From contig VGWD01000005.1 in the NCBI GenBank assembly GCA_016873735.1, positions 1,929 to 65,928 on the forward strand: 64,000 nt of DNA, given 5' to 3'. The position numbers and the translations under genes were made by a program. The notes beneath the pieces were generated by a model. The model saw only the letters and a program-made list of their open reading frames with translations, was not told the origin of the DNA and did not search any database. Within the stretch, counting starts at the first letter, position 1, and each line of letters opens with the position of its first letter. Below, piece after piece: positions 30,091 to 40,651 of this stretch. This stretch comes from Ignavibacteria bacterium. GTDB lineage: Bacteria; Bacteroidota; Ignavibacteria; Kapaibacteriales; UBA961.

Positions 30091-31653
30091 ATGTATACAC
30101 CTCAAGATAGACGTGAATTCCTAAAGATCCTCATAGGTGGGACAGGTGCTGCCTATTTGGCAATACAAGGATGTGGAAATGATGCATCTTCCGAACTCAA
30201 GAACATAGCAGGCCCTCATCAGCAAGCGCTGTTGAAGCGACAAAGACATGCCATTGCTCATGCTTATTTGCGTGATAAGTCATTTGATGCAAGTAAATTT
30301 AAGAACTCCTATCTGCAAACAGATATTGTGATTATTGGAGGTGGAGCATCCGGATTGGCGGCAGGTCTATCCCTTCAAGATGCCGGATATTCCATATTGA
30401 TTCTTGAAAATGAACACCAAATTGGTGGTGCCGGTATAAAAGGATCAATGCATGGGATAGCTTATCCATATGGATCAGTCTATTTTGTTGATGAAACAGA
30501 AGAAATAGCATCGATTTGCAAAAGAGCAGGAATACAATCTAATTCTGCTCCCGAAGATGCAGTATTATTCAAGGATACACTCATTGAGAATTTCTGGTCT
30601 GATATTTCCATTGAAGCACTTCCAATCTCACCTCTGGAAAAGGATGGCTGTAAACGATTCAGAGATCTGTTATTACATGAGAGTTTCATCCCTTCTTATC
30701 CATTACCGAATAAGTTGAGCCCTCAAGAGGCACAATTAGATGGGCAAACATCACGATCTTTTCTGAAACAATATCAATCGCCATTTCTTGAAACCATGCT
30801 TGATATTTATTCGAAATCTTCTATGGGTGCTTCAATAGATGAAACGAATGCATATTGCCTTCTTAATTTCTTCTCATCAGAACTAGGAAGTGAATTCGGC
30901 AAGAAGAGATTTACATTTCCAGGAGGAATGAATGCATTATATGCAGGCATTGCTTCATTGATCAAACCTGATTTCATCAAAACGGGAAATTTGGCATTTT
31001 CAGTAAAGAATAGTAAAGATGGAGTGGAAGTTCAAAGTGTAAGTGATGAATTATCACTTGTAACAATAAAAGCCAAGAAAGTCATCATGGCCGGTCCAAA
31101 GCATATTGCTCCCTTCATGATTCATGATTTACCGGATGATCAAAAGGCGGCTATGCTTTCCATGAAATACCCGCCATATGCCACCATTCATATGTCTATG
31201 AAAGAAGAGATATTTCCGGGATCGATCATGGATGTTTGGACCCCTGAAGCAAATGGTTTCTGTACTGATATCATTTGTTCGAATGCAATGCAAGATACAA
31301 AGTCATCAGAACATGCATATGTCTATTCCATCTTTGGGGCCATGCCACATGAGCAACGTTCGCTTTTGCTGGATGATACCGAACTATCATCATATGCATT
31401 GAATATCATAAAGAAGACAATGAACTATCTTCATAAGCCAATGGACATTCTTGATAGTGTGGAAGTTTATGCTTGGGGTCATGCATTGGCAATACCATAT
31501 CCCGGTTCACATAATGGGCCTGCTCAAATAGCGTCTCGCCCACATGGAAATGTGCTATTTGGATCTTCAGACAATGATGCCGCCTCAAGTGTTGAAAATG
31601 CTCTTGCAAATGGATTTGCCACGGCTAAGGAGATTATTGCATCACTTTCTTGA
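30091..31653 (+). CDS. FAD-dependent oxidoreductase (amine oxidase family), Tat-exported possible lipoprotein
   Basis: RREFLK twin-arginine motif followed by ...IQGC; IVIIGGGASGLAAG Rossmann motif; WGHA near the C-terminus. Confidence 0.85.
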   Translation: MYTPQDRREFLKILIGGTGAAYLAIQGCGNDASSELKNIAGPHQQALLKRQRHAIAHAYLRDKSFDASKFKNSYLQTDIVIIGGGASGLAAGLSLQDAGYSILILENEHQIGGAGIKGSMHGIAYPYGSVYFVDETEEIASICKRAGIQSNSAPEDAVLFKDTLIENFWSDISIEALPISPLEKDGCKRFRDLLLHESFIPSYPLPNKLSPQEAQLDGQTSRSFLKQYQSPFLETMLDIYSKSSMGASIDETNAYCLLNFFSSELGSEFGKKRFTFPGGMNALYAGIASLIKPDFIKTGNLAFSVKNSKDGVEVQSVSDELSLVTIKAKKVIMAGPKHIAPFMIHDLPDDQKAAMLSMKYPPYATIHMSMKEEIFPGSIMDVWTPEANGFCTDIICSNAMQDTKSSEHAYVYSIFGAMPHEQRSLLLDDTELSSYALNIIKKTMNYLHKPMDILDSVEVYAWGHALAIPYPGSHNGPAQIASRPHGNVLFGSSDNDAASSVENALANGFATAKEIIASLS

Positions 31654-31666
31654 TGAATGGGGAAAT

Positions 31667-32764
31667 ATGAAAAGGAAATCACTATGGGGAAAGGAAGATA
31701 TCATCGGTTTATCATTGTTCCATTCTATTCATGGTCCGCGTTTGAGGGCAATTATTTCTATATATGATTCACTCGATTCTTTTTGTCGATTTGGATTGTC
31801 GAAACCATTGTTTCACGATTCAATTACAGATATTACAGACGAAATACGTGATATCGGACTTAGACATATAGCTGAACATGAAGAACAGGGAATAGTAATC
31901 AGCACTTTTGCCTCAGAAGAGTATCCGCAAAGCCTTTTGCATATAGAATATCCACCTTCATTGCTGTATATAAAAGGGGAACTTAACAATGAAATCGCGA
32001 TCGGTATTGTTGGAACCAGAGCTCCAACACCATATGGACAAAGGGTTGGAGAATATTTTTCTGAAACTCTTGCGCACAATGGAGTATGCATCGTCAGTGG
32101 TTTAGCTCCGGGAATAGATACCATTGTTCATAAATCCGTGATACGAAATAATGGACTCACATATGCGGTGATAGCATCCGGGCATGAGAAAATTAGTCCC
32201 AGAAATGCAAGGGAGTTATCTGAGGTAGTCATTGATTCAGGTGGCGCTGTTATCTCTGAGTACTCCATGAATGTGAAAGCAAAGCCACCATTTTTCCCAC
32301 GGAGAAATAGGATCATAAGCGGATTGAGTACTTCGGTGCTGATTGTGGAAAGTGGGAAAAAAGGAGGCTCAATGATCACGGCACAATTTGCATTTGATCA
32401 GAATAGGGATGTGTTCGTTATTCCGGGAAGTATCTATTCTCCTATGTCAGAAGGGAATCATCACCTTTTATTGAAAGACAAGGGTATGATAGCAACCAAT
32501 CCTCATGAATTGCTATTTCATGCCAAAAGAGAACCAAAAAAGCAGACTGCCAGACATGAATGTAATGTTGAAGAACATGCTATATTGCAATATCTTGGTA
32601 GTGAACCAAAACATATTGATGAGATTGTTGCATATGCTATGATTTCTCGCTCTCAGATAATGTCATCATTATTGATTTTGCAATGTCGCTCGATAGTAAA
32701 GCAACTTCCCGGAATGAACTTTATCCGATTAACCAATGAATTCACACTCTCAAAGAAAGCATGA
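31667..32764 (+). CDS. dprA: DNA-processing protein DprA
   Basis: IVGTR, IVSGLAPGID, FPRRNRIISGLS and GSMITA motifs; C-terminal wHTH. Confidence 0.96.
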   Translation: MKRKSLWGKEDIIGLSLFHSIHGPRLRAIISIYDSLDSFCRFGLSKPLFHDSITDITDEIRDIGLRHIAEHEEQGIVISTFASEEYPQSLLHIEYPPSLLYIKGELNNEIAIGIVGTRAPTPYGQRVGEYFSETLAHNGVCIVSGLAPGIDTIVHKSVIRNNGLTYAVIASGHEKISPRNARELSEVVIDSGGAVISEYSMNVKAKPPFFPRRNRIISGLSTSVLIVESGKKGGSMITAQFAFDQNRDVFVIPGSIYSPMSEGNHHLLLKDKGMIATNPHELLFHAKREPKKQTARHECNVEEHAILQYLGSEPKHIDEIVAYAMISRSQIMSSLLILQCRSIVKQLPGMNFIRLTNEFTLSKKA

Positions 32765-33764
32765 TCATGTTTCTATATGCTTGCAACATGACATTGAGCA
32801 TAAAGCAAGCAGTGGATTTGATGCATATTCATTCACACATAATGCTCTGCCTGAATTGAACTTTGAAGATATAGATTTATCTGTTCAATTATTTGGTCGA
32901 ACATTCAGTTTGCCCTTATTCATATCCGGGATGACCGGTGGCTATAGGGATGCAATTGACATCAATGGTGCATTGGCTGAAGTTTGTTGTGAATTGTCAA
33001 TTCCACTGGTGTTAGGATCGCAACGTTCGATGTTGCATGATGATCATTCAGATTCAACATTCACAATCGCTCGGGAAAGAGGATCAAACATCTGTATTTC
33101 AGCCAATATTGGTGCGACCGAAATTGCTCAATCAATTCATCATGATGGAATTATTCGCATCATTGACACTATCAATGCAGATTGGATTACCATTCATGCC
33201 AATCCCTTGCAGGAACTTTTTCAGCCGGAAGGGAATACTGATTTTCGAGGTGTGCTCAAAGGTATTGAAGATTGTAGAAAGAGAATTCAGATTCCAATGA
33301 TTGTGAAAGAAGTTGGATCCGGAATTTCTCTTGATATTGCAAAGCGATTGCATGATATTGGTATAGATGGCATTGATGTGGCAGGAAAAGGAGGTACAAG
33401 TTGGTCGGCTGTTGAAATGAAGAGGAATGAAAAGGAGCATTCTGATTATTTCAAAGAATGGGGCATGGAAACTTCAGACTGTTTATTGTCTTTGAGGGAA
33501 TTCTGTGAAAACAACAACTTGGCACTGTTGTCATCTGGTGGAATTCGTAATGCACATGATATTGCGATGTCGGTGGCTATGGGAGCCAAATCTGTGGGTA
33601 TGGCAAGACCGATCCTGATTGCATATCATGAAGGTGGGATTCGACATGTCAAGATGCTGATTGAACAATTCATGAAAGATGTTCAAAGAATAATGTTCTT
33701 AACAGGCAGCAATAATTGTAATGCTCTTTCACAAGCGCAATTCAAAATGAATCAACGAAATTGA
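32736..33764 (+). CDS. fni: Type 2 isopentenyl-diphosphate delta-isomerase
   Basis: RKHDH, ISGMTGG, GSQR, NPLQE, KEVGSG and GKGGTSW motifs. Confidence 0.96.
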   Translation: MNSHSQRKHDHVSICLQHDIEHKASSGFDAYSFTHNALPELNFEDIDLSVQLFGRTFSLPLFISGMTGGYRDAIDINGALAEVCCELSIPLVLGSQRSMLHDDHSDSTFTIARERGSNICISANIGATEIAQSIHHDGIIRIIDTINADWITIHANPLQELFQPEGNTDFRGVLKGIEDCRKRIQIPMIVKEVGSGISLDIAKRLHDIGIDGIDVAGKGGTSWSAVEMKRNEKEHSDYFKEWGMETSDCLLSLREFCENNNLALLSSGGIRNAHDIAMSVAMGAKSVGMARPILIAYHEGGIRHVKMLIEQFMKDVQRIMFLTGSNNCNALSQAQFKMNQRN

Positions 33765-34423
33765 TCTTCGCTAATCCCTTTGTTCACTACAATTGAAGTA
33801 TATGTTATCTGAGCACTCCCTTTTGTATTCTTCTTGCTATTGGCCGGTTTTTTTTCAGAAAGTAAGTCACCGGTCATGGATTTAGGAAGTGAAAAAGCGG
33901 GGACATCAAATGACATGTAAATTGATGATGGTAAAGCATACCGAAGATGCTCATTTTTATATGCCATGTCCATGATAATAGTTCCACTCTTTGTTACGGC
34001 TGACATCTTTGCAATTATCTCCTTTTTGGAATCTAACCAAACGGTTGCTACAATGATTTGTCCTGTATCAGCAATGGGTATGACTTTTTTTACTTTGTAA
34101 TTGATCCCTTTGATCATCTCATCCGGTAAATCCACACTTGTAAAAGGGGATTCCAACAGGGCGGCAAAAGGGAGCCCGGCACCTTGTTTTGGCAACATGG
34201 AGAATCCATCTGATTTTATTTTCAATCTTCCGGGGGACTTGTAGAGAATTCTTGCCTGTGATGGTTTGGCCTTTAAAAATTCCACGTTCAAGGTTATTGT
34301 GGCATCAGCCGTAAAATCTTTGATTGCACGAACTTTGTCTCTGACTTTATTCAACAGTGTGTCAGAGGCATGTATTTTAGTGAAACTAATGACAAAAAGA
34401 ATGATGAAGATAAGTGTGTTCAT
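33752..34423 (-). CDS. Exported LolA-like fold hypothetical protein
   Basis: Signal peptide; DFTADA...KSPGRLKI; C-terminal VNKGISEDQF typical of LolA-like proteins. Confidence 0.6.
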   Translation of the reverse strand: MNTLIFIILFVISFTKIHASDTLLNKVRDKVRAIKDFTADATITLNVEFLKAKPSQARILYKSPGRLKIKSDGFSMLPKQGAGLPFAALLESPFTSVDLPDEMIKGINYKVKKVIPIADTGQIIVATVWLDSKKEIIAKMSAVTKSGTIIMDMAYKNEHLRYALPSSIYMSFDVPAFSLPKSMTGDLLSEKKPANSKKNTKGSAQITYTSIVVNKGISEDQFR

Positions 34424-34480
34424 ATAATTCGCATGATGTAGTGGTAACACGCTAAACAGATCTTATGAATGCATTGTTCC

Positions 34481-35710
34481 CTATGACATTTCAACATAAT
34501 TCATATCCTTACCAAAAGTTTCTTCCAATGGAATGACAGATAGTATTGCGATGATGGTACAAGCTATTCCGACGCACAATGCTGAATATTTCATGCCGAT
34601 CATAGGCGAAAGTGCGGCAAATGCTACTGATATCAGATTCAAAGAGCCGCGAGCAATGTTTGGGACAGTAGTTGCAACTGTGGCTCTTAGATTGGTTCCG
34701 AATTGTTCAGCAGCTATGGTAACGAAAATTGCCCAGAAGCCTACAGAAATTCCTAAAACAAATATCCACCAATACAATGCAACCGAACTGGTAAAAGGGA
34801 ACATCAAATATCCGATGCTACAAAAAGCATTGAATGCCAAAAATTGGAACATTACTTTTCTTCTGCTTTTGTACACCTGGCTAAGCCATCCCGTCAGGAA
34901 ATCCCCTATAGCCAAACCTGCATAGCAGAATGCTATGGCATCACCACCTGAAATCGAATCCGTTATACCATGCGCTTTGGCAAATTCAGGAGCAAGCGTC
35001 ACCAGGATTCCCACGACAAACCATGTAGGCATTCCAATTAAAATGCAAAGCAAAAATCGCTTTAGAAGGTGTGGACTTGATAATAATTGTAGAAGACTTC
35101 CTTTTTTGTGATCGGAACTCTTGACATTTGAAAACATTTCGGATTCAACAACTTTGATTCTGAGAAGAAGTAATGCTAGCCCCATGATTCCACCAACGAT
35201 ATATGCTGTTCGCCAATCCAGTTTTGCGACCATATTTGCAAGCAAAGCACCTGTTACTCCAATTCCTGCAACTATCATTGTTCCATATCCTCTTTGATCC
35301 TTTGGCAACACTTCTGATACGAGAGTGATTCCCACGCCTAATTCACCTGCCAAGCCAATACCGGCGATAAATCGTAAGACAGCATATTGTTCCACATTCG
35401 TTACGAATGCATTTGCAGTATTTGCCAATGAATAGAGGAGGATTGATCCGAACAATGTTGAAATGCGTCCTTTTTTGTCTCCTAACACTCCCCATAATAC
35501 ACCTCCGATAAGCGTACCGGCCATTTGCATATTAAGAAGGAAAAGGCCTTGTTTTGTTATGTCTTCAGGCAATAGGCCAAGCGAAGCCAAACTTGGAACT
35601 CGAACTACACTAAACAAAATCAAGTCATAAATGTCGACGAAATATCCCAATGCTGCTACAATGACGGCTACATTGAGTGCTGCATTGCGGAGACCATTTA
35701 CATGTGACAT
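34481..35710 (-). CDS. MFS transporter
   Basis: About 12 TM segments; GVLGDKKGR and RFIAGIGLAGELG motifs. Confidence 0.93.
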   Translation of the reverse strand: MSHVNGLRNAALNVAVIVAALGYFVDIYDLILFSVVRVPSLASLGLLPEDITKQGLFLLNMQMAGTLIGGVLWGVLGDKKGRISTLFGSILLYSLANTANAFVTNVEQYAVLRFIAGIGLAGELGVGITLVSEVLPKDQRGYGTMIVAGIGVTGALLANMVAKLDWRTAYIVGGIMGLALLLLRIKVVESEMFSNVKSSDHKKGSLLQLLSSPHLLKRFLLCILIGMPTWFVVGILVTLAPEFAKAHGITDSISGGDAIAFCYAGLAIGDFLTGWLSQVYKSRRKVMFQFLAFNAFCSIGYLMFPFTSSVALYWWIFVLGISVGFWAIFVTIAAEQFGTNLRATVATTVPNIARGSLNLISVAFAALSPMIGMKYSALCVGIACTIIAILSVIPLEETFGKDMNYVEMS

Positions 35711-35725
35711 AGTATTCTCACTTTA

Positions 35726-36649
35726 TTAATGTCGACCACTGAAATAAGTGGCATCAATGAATTCTTCATTGTATTCTCTTCGCTCTTTTAATGAAGAATC
35801 GTGAGAATCCAATACTTCTTGATCCAATAACCAATTGTTTCCCGTCAGCAATCGAATGGTTTCATTCGCTTTTTCAATTTCGCGATCAATGTGTAGTATT
35901 TGTTGATTCAGGGTTTCACCATGTCGTTGAATCCAAGATTCATCTCGAAGTCCAAGTTCATAACAAAAGGGAATCTGTTTCTTAAGTACTTCAATCGAAT
36001 GTTGCTCTTTTGATAGTAATTCTTCTATCTTTTTTAATTCATTCTTTAATCCTTCGTAACTCAATGAATCATCTTGAATGGGGTTAAGATGTGTATTGTT
36101 GCAGATCAATGTATGCAGGGCATGAAGTCCGTGTAAGTCTTTTGCATCATAAGCTCGCTGGACAGACAACCAATACATCCGAGTTAATTCGGGGTCCGCG
36201 GCGGAATCCGGATGGAGCTTCTTAGCTAATTCTTTGTATAATTTAGAAAGTGAGGCATGATCGGTTTGCATATTGACTGATCTGGTGTTTTTTGCTTCTT
36301 GCTCGAGTAAGGTTCTCATTCTTGCTTTGATTGCAGCGAATTCTTTATCTACTACCTTATGAATGAGAGCTATCAATTCAGGAGTTAATTTTTCACCTCT
36401 TTGATGTTTTATCATCAAAAGCTCTGCTCTTCTCTGCAATTCGCTTTGCAGCAATGCCTTTTTTTGAATATCAATTTCAAGATGTTTGAAGTGTTTGTCA
36501 TACATGTCATGAAGAGCTTGCTTGTCAACTTCATTCATGCGATAATGGAGATGTATCAATGACTCCAAATCATGCTTTGCTTCTGCAATTGCTTTTTTTA
36601 ATGCAATGATATCCTGGTGCAGCTCAATATGTGAATGATTGTGGCTCAT
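35726..36649 (-). CDS. Coiled-coil protein with internal DnaJ (J) domain
   Basis: LYKELAKKLHPD...VQRAY J-domain signature within heptad-rich helices. Confidence 0.8.
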   Translation of the reverse strand: MSHNHSHIELHQDIIALKKAIAEAKHDLESLIHLHYRMNEVDKQALHDMYDKHFKHLEIDIQKKALLQSELQRRAELLMIKHQRGEKLTPELIALIHKVVDKEFAAIKARMRTLLEQEAKNTRSVNMQTDHASLSKLYKELAKKLHPDSAADPELTRMYWLSVQRAYDAKDLHGLHALHTLICNNTHLNPIQDDSLSYEGLKNELKKIEELLSKEQHSIEVLKKQIPFCYELGLRDESWIQRHGETLNQQILHIDREIEKANETIRLLTGNNWLLDQEVLDSHDSSLKERREYNEEFIDATYFSGRH

Positions 36650-37227
36650 CTGGGTTGATAAGAACTAAAAGCCAAGGCAATGTGGTCGGAATTCAAAAAT
36701 TCTTCTTTATTCTTTGAAATGATGCAAAGATGATGAATACGGGTATTTCTTGAATACATCTCTGATACGCCAAAATATCGTTTCCCATCTGAAGTAAAAG
36801 AAAAGAATGTGCGTTCGCCATTGAGTACAGTAGTTTTGATGTTCTTCTTGCATGTATGAGTTGTTGTTTTCTTTGCATTCAATGAGTGCAAGAACATGTT
36901 GATTGCGGATTCAAAAAGTGTTCTATCTTTTCTCTTATTGAACACTTCATCTTCATAAGAAGCAATACTGATGATCATGGACAATGTATCATTATCGATT
37001 ACATATGCATCTTGAATCGCAACGCCGAATATGGTTGGCAATGTGTCTCTTCCGGTATATCGTAATTGCTGAAAAGGTGAAGAAAGTTCTATCGAGAATA
37101 TTGAGTCTTTACCCACAAACTTTTGAGACATGGGTATGTTTCTAAGTTTATTGACAGGTGCAGAACTCTTATCCCCATTACATGATGCAAGAAGAAGTAC
37201 GCATAACAAATGCAGGAAATATCTCAT
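36646..37227 (-). CDS. Hypothetical lipoprotein
   Basis: Lipobox LLLASC; ATGA overlaps with both neighbours. Confidence 0.7.
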   Translation of the reverse strand: MRYFLHLLCVLLLASCNGDKSSAPVNKLRNIPMSQKFVGKDSIFSIELSSPFQQLRYTGRDTLPTIFGVAIQDAYVIDNDTLSMIISIASYEDEVFNKRKDRTLFESAINMFLHSLNAKKTTTHTCKKNIKTTVLNGERTFFSFTSDGKRYFGVSEMYSRNTRIHHLCIISKNKEEFLNSDHIALAFSSYQPR

Positions 37228-39533
37228 GATTCGTTTTTTCTTCTTTTCTGGACGAAGAATCCAAATGCTATTCCAAGAATAGTCAATCCCAGTCCTGAAT
37301 ACGTAATCGTGGACCCGGTTGCATATGCTTTTGAGTCATATGTAATGACAATGGTATGGTTTCCTTTGGGTACTTCAATACCACGCAATGACCAATTGAT
37401 TCGATGAATGTCTATGTCATTGCCATCTATGGTTGCTTTCCAAGCCGGATACCATATCTCGCTCAGACATAATATGCCATTTATTGAAGTTTCCACTTTA
37501 TACTGTTGTTGATTTGGTCCATATTCAATTGTCTTGATATTATGGTTAACCGAATCTGGATTAGCGGCTGATAGGGATATTGCAGGTATTTTTTCCATGT
37601 AAGCAATATTCTTTAGATCTGAACCGGCATTCATGATCGCATTTTTCATCGCTGAATCATCTGAGATCACTTTTGCAGCGAAAACCATCCTGGCATGACC
37701 ATACGCACTTTCTCTTTTTTTGAAGTACAATGATCCTGAAGTCGAATCGAGTGCAATCGCATAACGGATATTCAGAATGTCGAAGCGGTCTTCCTCTGAT
37801 TTTAAAGGTGGTACTCTTCGTGATAAAAGAATGGGGTTATATCCTTCATAGAGCATGATACCCGCATTCATTCCTCCATTTCTTTGGAAGGCCATTCCAT
37901 ACTGATTGCGCATCGAAACGCGGAAAATATCCTGTGGAAACTTTGAAGACAATTGATTGCGAAGATCGTCTGCAATGATATATGCTGTATATGGATTTTC
38001 TTTTGATCCATGAAAGTCTTTGAATTGTACATGTAGGTCCAAAAATATGAGTCCGCAAAGAGCAATGCCGCTGATGAGCGGATTCAAGGTTTCTTTTCCT
38101 CGCAGAACAATGATGAGTGAACCTATGATTGCAATGACAATGATATATCCCGCTTGTTTTCCTGCAAAAGCACTCAATGGATCATTCACGGAAGCAAATG
38201 ACTGAATGATACCGAATACAATCAATGCAAGTATGATGAATGGAACAGCCATAATGACAAACATTCTTTTCTTCATTTTTTCATCAGAAACGATTCGAGG
38301 CATTTGATCAAATGTCAAGCCCGCTAAAAGAGGGAATCCAAATGATGCATAGAACATCATTCTACCCGGATTTCTGAATTGTCCGAAAATCGGAATATGT
38401 GAAAGTAGTTCATGCAAAAAGCCATTGTTGCCAATTCCATAAAGAAAGGCAAAAATCCATAGGTATTGACAAGTAAGAATCAATGGAGTTTTAGGTAATA
38501 CCAACAATGACAAAAGACCAAGAATTAGGGCCAAAATTCCAAAGTAAAACGATGTATCCCAATACCAATGCGTCTGCACGGGTTCATTTGAAGCATTCAT
38601 CATGGTGAATTGTCCATCTGCATCTTTTGGACTCGGATTGCCAATTATTTTCCCATGCAATGAAGGATTGAAAGCATGAAAGAATTGCGATAATTGCATT
38701 GAGCCATCGGTTGTTTTTTCATACGTGATATCATTTCTTTCGGAATAACCTGCAAGTTCCTGACCCGGCAAATACTGAGTAGCGGCCAAAGAAGCAGCAA
38801 TGATAACCGGCAAGGCAAGAAATCCTGCATATCTGATGGCTGTAATGCCTTGCAATTGTTTATTGAGAATTCCTTGGACAAAGCCAATGAACCCAATGAC
38901 AGCAATAAACAGCAACATATAAGTGGATGTCTGAGCATGCCCTGCAAGTATGGCAATTCCAAGAATCAGTCCTGCGTATAACACATTCAATATTCTTGCT
39001 TGTTGCAATCCTTGTAAAACATGATGAATGATCAGTGGAAATAAAGCAAGATGGTATATAATCATTGGATGATTTGTCCTCACAGCCAATGCACCACTGA
39101 AGGCATAAGAAATACCGGCAACCAAAGCACCCCATTGGCTTGAACCAAGACCGCGCATCAGATATACCATGCTGAGTTGAGCAATAACAAAATGCAATAT
39201 GATGACATATTCAATGATTTTGGTTTGAAGCAATCCTGTTGCCTCATCTATGAAATATGGAAAAATCCAATGTGCTGGGTAAAAATACTGAGCTTGAAAA
39301 TCAGCAAGAAAAGGCATGCCATTAAACATGTAGGGATTCCAAAAAGGCGTAATACCCTGCGCATGTAACTTTGCACCATAACTTGCCATCGGATAAACAT
39401 ATTGAGATATATCGTCCCAAAAGAATGATGTTCCAAACACTATGTCTGAAAAAAAGATGAGAGTAGTCAGAATTGAAACTCCGACAATCAATGGCCAAGA
39501 ATATTGGCTTTTGGAAGAGGTTGTTTTGGACAT
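37224..39533 (-). CDS. YfhO-family polytopic membrane protein (GT-C-like glycosyltransferase)
   Basis: PFWNPYMFNGMPF...FYP, FRNPGR and LSEIWYPAWKATIDG...LRGIEVPKGNHTI motifs. Confidence 0.88.
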   Translation of the reverse strand: MSKTTSSKSQYSWPLIVGVSILTTLIFFSDIVFGTSFFWDDISQYVYPMASYGAKLHAQGITPFWNPYMFNGMPFLADFQAQYFYPAHWIFPYFIDEATGLLQTKIIEYVIILHFVIAQLSMVYLMRGLGSSQWGALVAGISYAFSGALAVRTNHPMIIYHLALFPLIIHHVLQGLQQARILNVLYAGLILGIAILAGHAQTSTYMLLFIAVIGFIGFVQGILNKQLQGITAIRYAGFLALPVIIAASLAATQYLPGQELAGYSERNDITYEKTTDGSMQLSQFFHAFNPSLHGKIIGNPSPKDADGQFTMMNASNEPVQTHWYWDTSFYFGILALILGLLSLLVLPKTPLILTCQYLWIFAFLYGIGNNGFLHELLSHIPIFGQFRNPGRMMFYASFGFPLLAGLTFDQMPRIVSDEKMKKRMFVIMAVPFIILALIVFGIIQSFASVNDPLSAFAGKQAGYIIVIAIIGSLIIVLRGKETLNPLISGIALCGLIFLDLHVQFKDFHGSKENPYTAYIIADDLRNQLSSKFPQDIFRVSMRNQYGMAFQRNGGMNAGIMLYEGYNPILLSRRVPPLKSEEDRFDILNIRYAIALDSTSGSLYFKKRESAYGHARMVFAAKVISDDSAMKNAIMNAGSDLKNIAYMEKIPAISLSAANPDSVNHNIKTIEYGPNQQQYKVETSINGILCLSEIWYPAWKATIDGNDIDIHRINWSLRGIEVPKGNHTIVITYDSKAYATGSTITYSGLGLTILGIAFGFFVQKRRKNES

Positions 39534-39661
39534 TCGTGATAAATGCTCTGAATGGTCAATAATCAAGGTGCAAAATACCCCTTGGAGACTCTTTTTCCAA
39601 AGTCTTATGCTTTGTCATGATGGGTCAAGAGACTATTTTTGAACAACTTTTGGAGAATACC

Positions 39662-40111
39662 ATGAATTTCGAACAATTAATCAATGATGACCTAAAAGAA
39701 GCAATGAAATCAGGAGACAAACTCAAATTGGAAACACTTCGGAGTTTGCGTGCCTCCGTGATTGAATTCAATAAAAATGGAACAGGGAAGGAATTGGCAG
39801 AAGAAGATGCTCAAAAGATTCTGTTGCAAGCAGCCAAGAAGAGAAAAGATGCCATCGATATGTACAAGCAAGCAGGCAGACAAGATTTATTGGAGAAAGA
39901 GGAAGCGGAATTGGCAATCATTGCATCGTATTTACCTGAGCAATTAACTGAAGATCAAGTGATGGATATTTTGAAAGGGCTGATAGCACAGGTTGGAGCT
40001 GAGGGGCCTAAAGACATGGGAAAGGTTATGGGCTTGGCAATGAAAGAATTGCGAGGTAAAGCTTATGGTACATTGGTGCAGCAATGCTTGAAATCATTGC
40101 TACAGGCCTGA
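39662..40111 (+). CDS. yqeY: GatB/YqeY domain protein
   Basis: DLKEAMKSGD...KKRKDAIDMY...GRQDL..KE..E...YLP..L; KDMGKVMG; GGAG RBS. Confidence 0.93.
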   Translation: MNFEQLINDDLKEAMKSGDKLKLETLRSLRASVIEFNKNGTGKELAEEDAQKILLQAAKKRKDAIDMYKQAGRQDLLEKEEAELAIIASYLPEQLTEDQVMDILKGLIAQVGAEGPKDMGKVMGLAMKELRGKAYGTLVQQCLKSLLQA

Positions 40112-40243
40112 CATGAGAAAGCCATTTCTTCCGGTTAAAACTTGCGTGACTTGTAATAGGGAATTTGCATGGAGAAAGAAATGGGAGAAGGTTTGGGAAG
40201 AGGTAAAATATTGTTCTGAACGATGCAGAAATGAGCAAAAACG

Positions 40244-40265
40244 AAAAAAGCCCTGAAAGGGCTTT
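40244..40265 (-). terminator. Intrinsic terminator downstream of tRNA-Val
   Basis: AAAGCCC-TTTCA-GGGCTTTTTT on the minus strand, immediately 3' of the tRNA. Confidence 0.75.
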
Positions 40266-40266
40266 G

Positions 40267-40341
40267 TGGGCGAAGAGGGATTTGAACCCCCGACATCCTG
40301 CTTGTAAGGCAGGCGCTCTGAACCAACTGAGCTATTCGCCC
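40267..40341 (-). tRNA. tRNA-Val (anticodon TAC), CCA not encoded
   Basis: GGGCGAATAGCTCAGTTGGTTCAGAGCGCCTGCCTTACAAGCAGGATGTCGGGGGTTCAAATCCCTCTTCGCCCA folds into a cloverleaf. Confidence 0.97.
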
Positions 40342-40407
40342 CTCAAATAGAGGGTCGAAGATAGGGTATTTTCACAAAAAGACAAATCATTTTGATTGAA
40401 TTTGTCA

Positions 40408-40650
40408 TTAACGGACTGCTTCGATGCGCTTTAATGAAGGAATTCCAGCCAAAAGCCACCGTTCCACACCTGCTCTCAATGTCATTAATTGCATAGGGCA
40501 TTGTGCACATTGACCCAGAAAACGCACTTCAACAACGCCAATATCATCTTCATATCGAACAAACTCAATATCTCCACCATCCTTCTTTAGAGTGGGTCGT
40601 ATTTGTGAGAGAATGGATTGTATATGCTCTATGACATTATCGTTCTTCAT
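40408..40650 (-). CDS. NifU C-terminal (Nfu) Fe-S carrier
   Basis: IRPTLKKDGGDIE...GQCAQCP..LMTL..GVE motif. Confidence 0.92.
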   Translation of the reverse strand: MKNDNVIEHIQSILSQIRPTLKKDGGDIEFVRYEDDIGVVEVRFLGQCAQCPMQLMTLRAGVERWLLAGIPSLKRIEAVR

Positions 40651-40651
40651 C

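Noticed and set aside
40112-40407. tRNA-Val as an integration site for a genomic island; ORFs 40026-40238 and 40135-40326
   Set aside because: No integrase or duplicated tRNA 3' end was seen and the flanks are housekeeping genes; the ORFs overlap the tRNA or yqeY.
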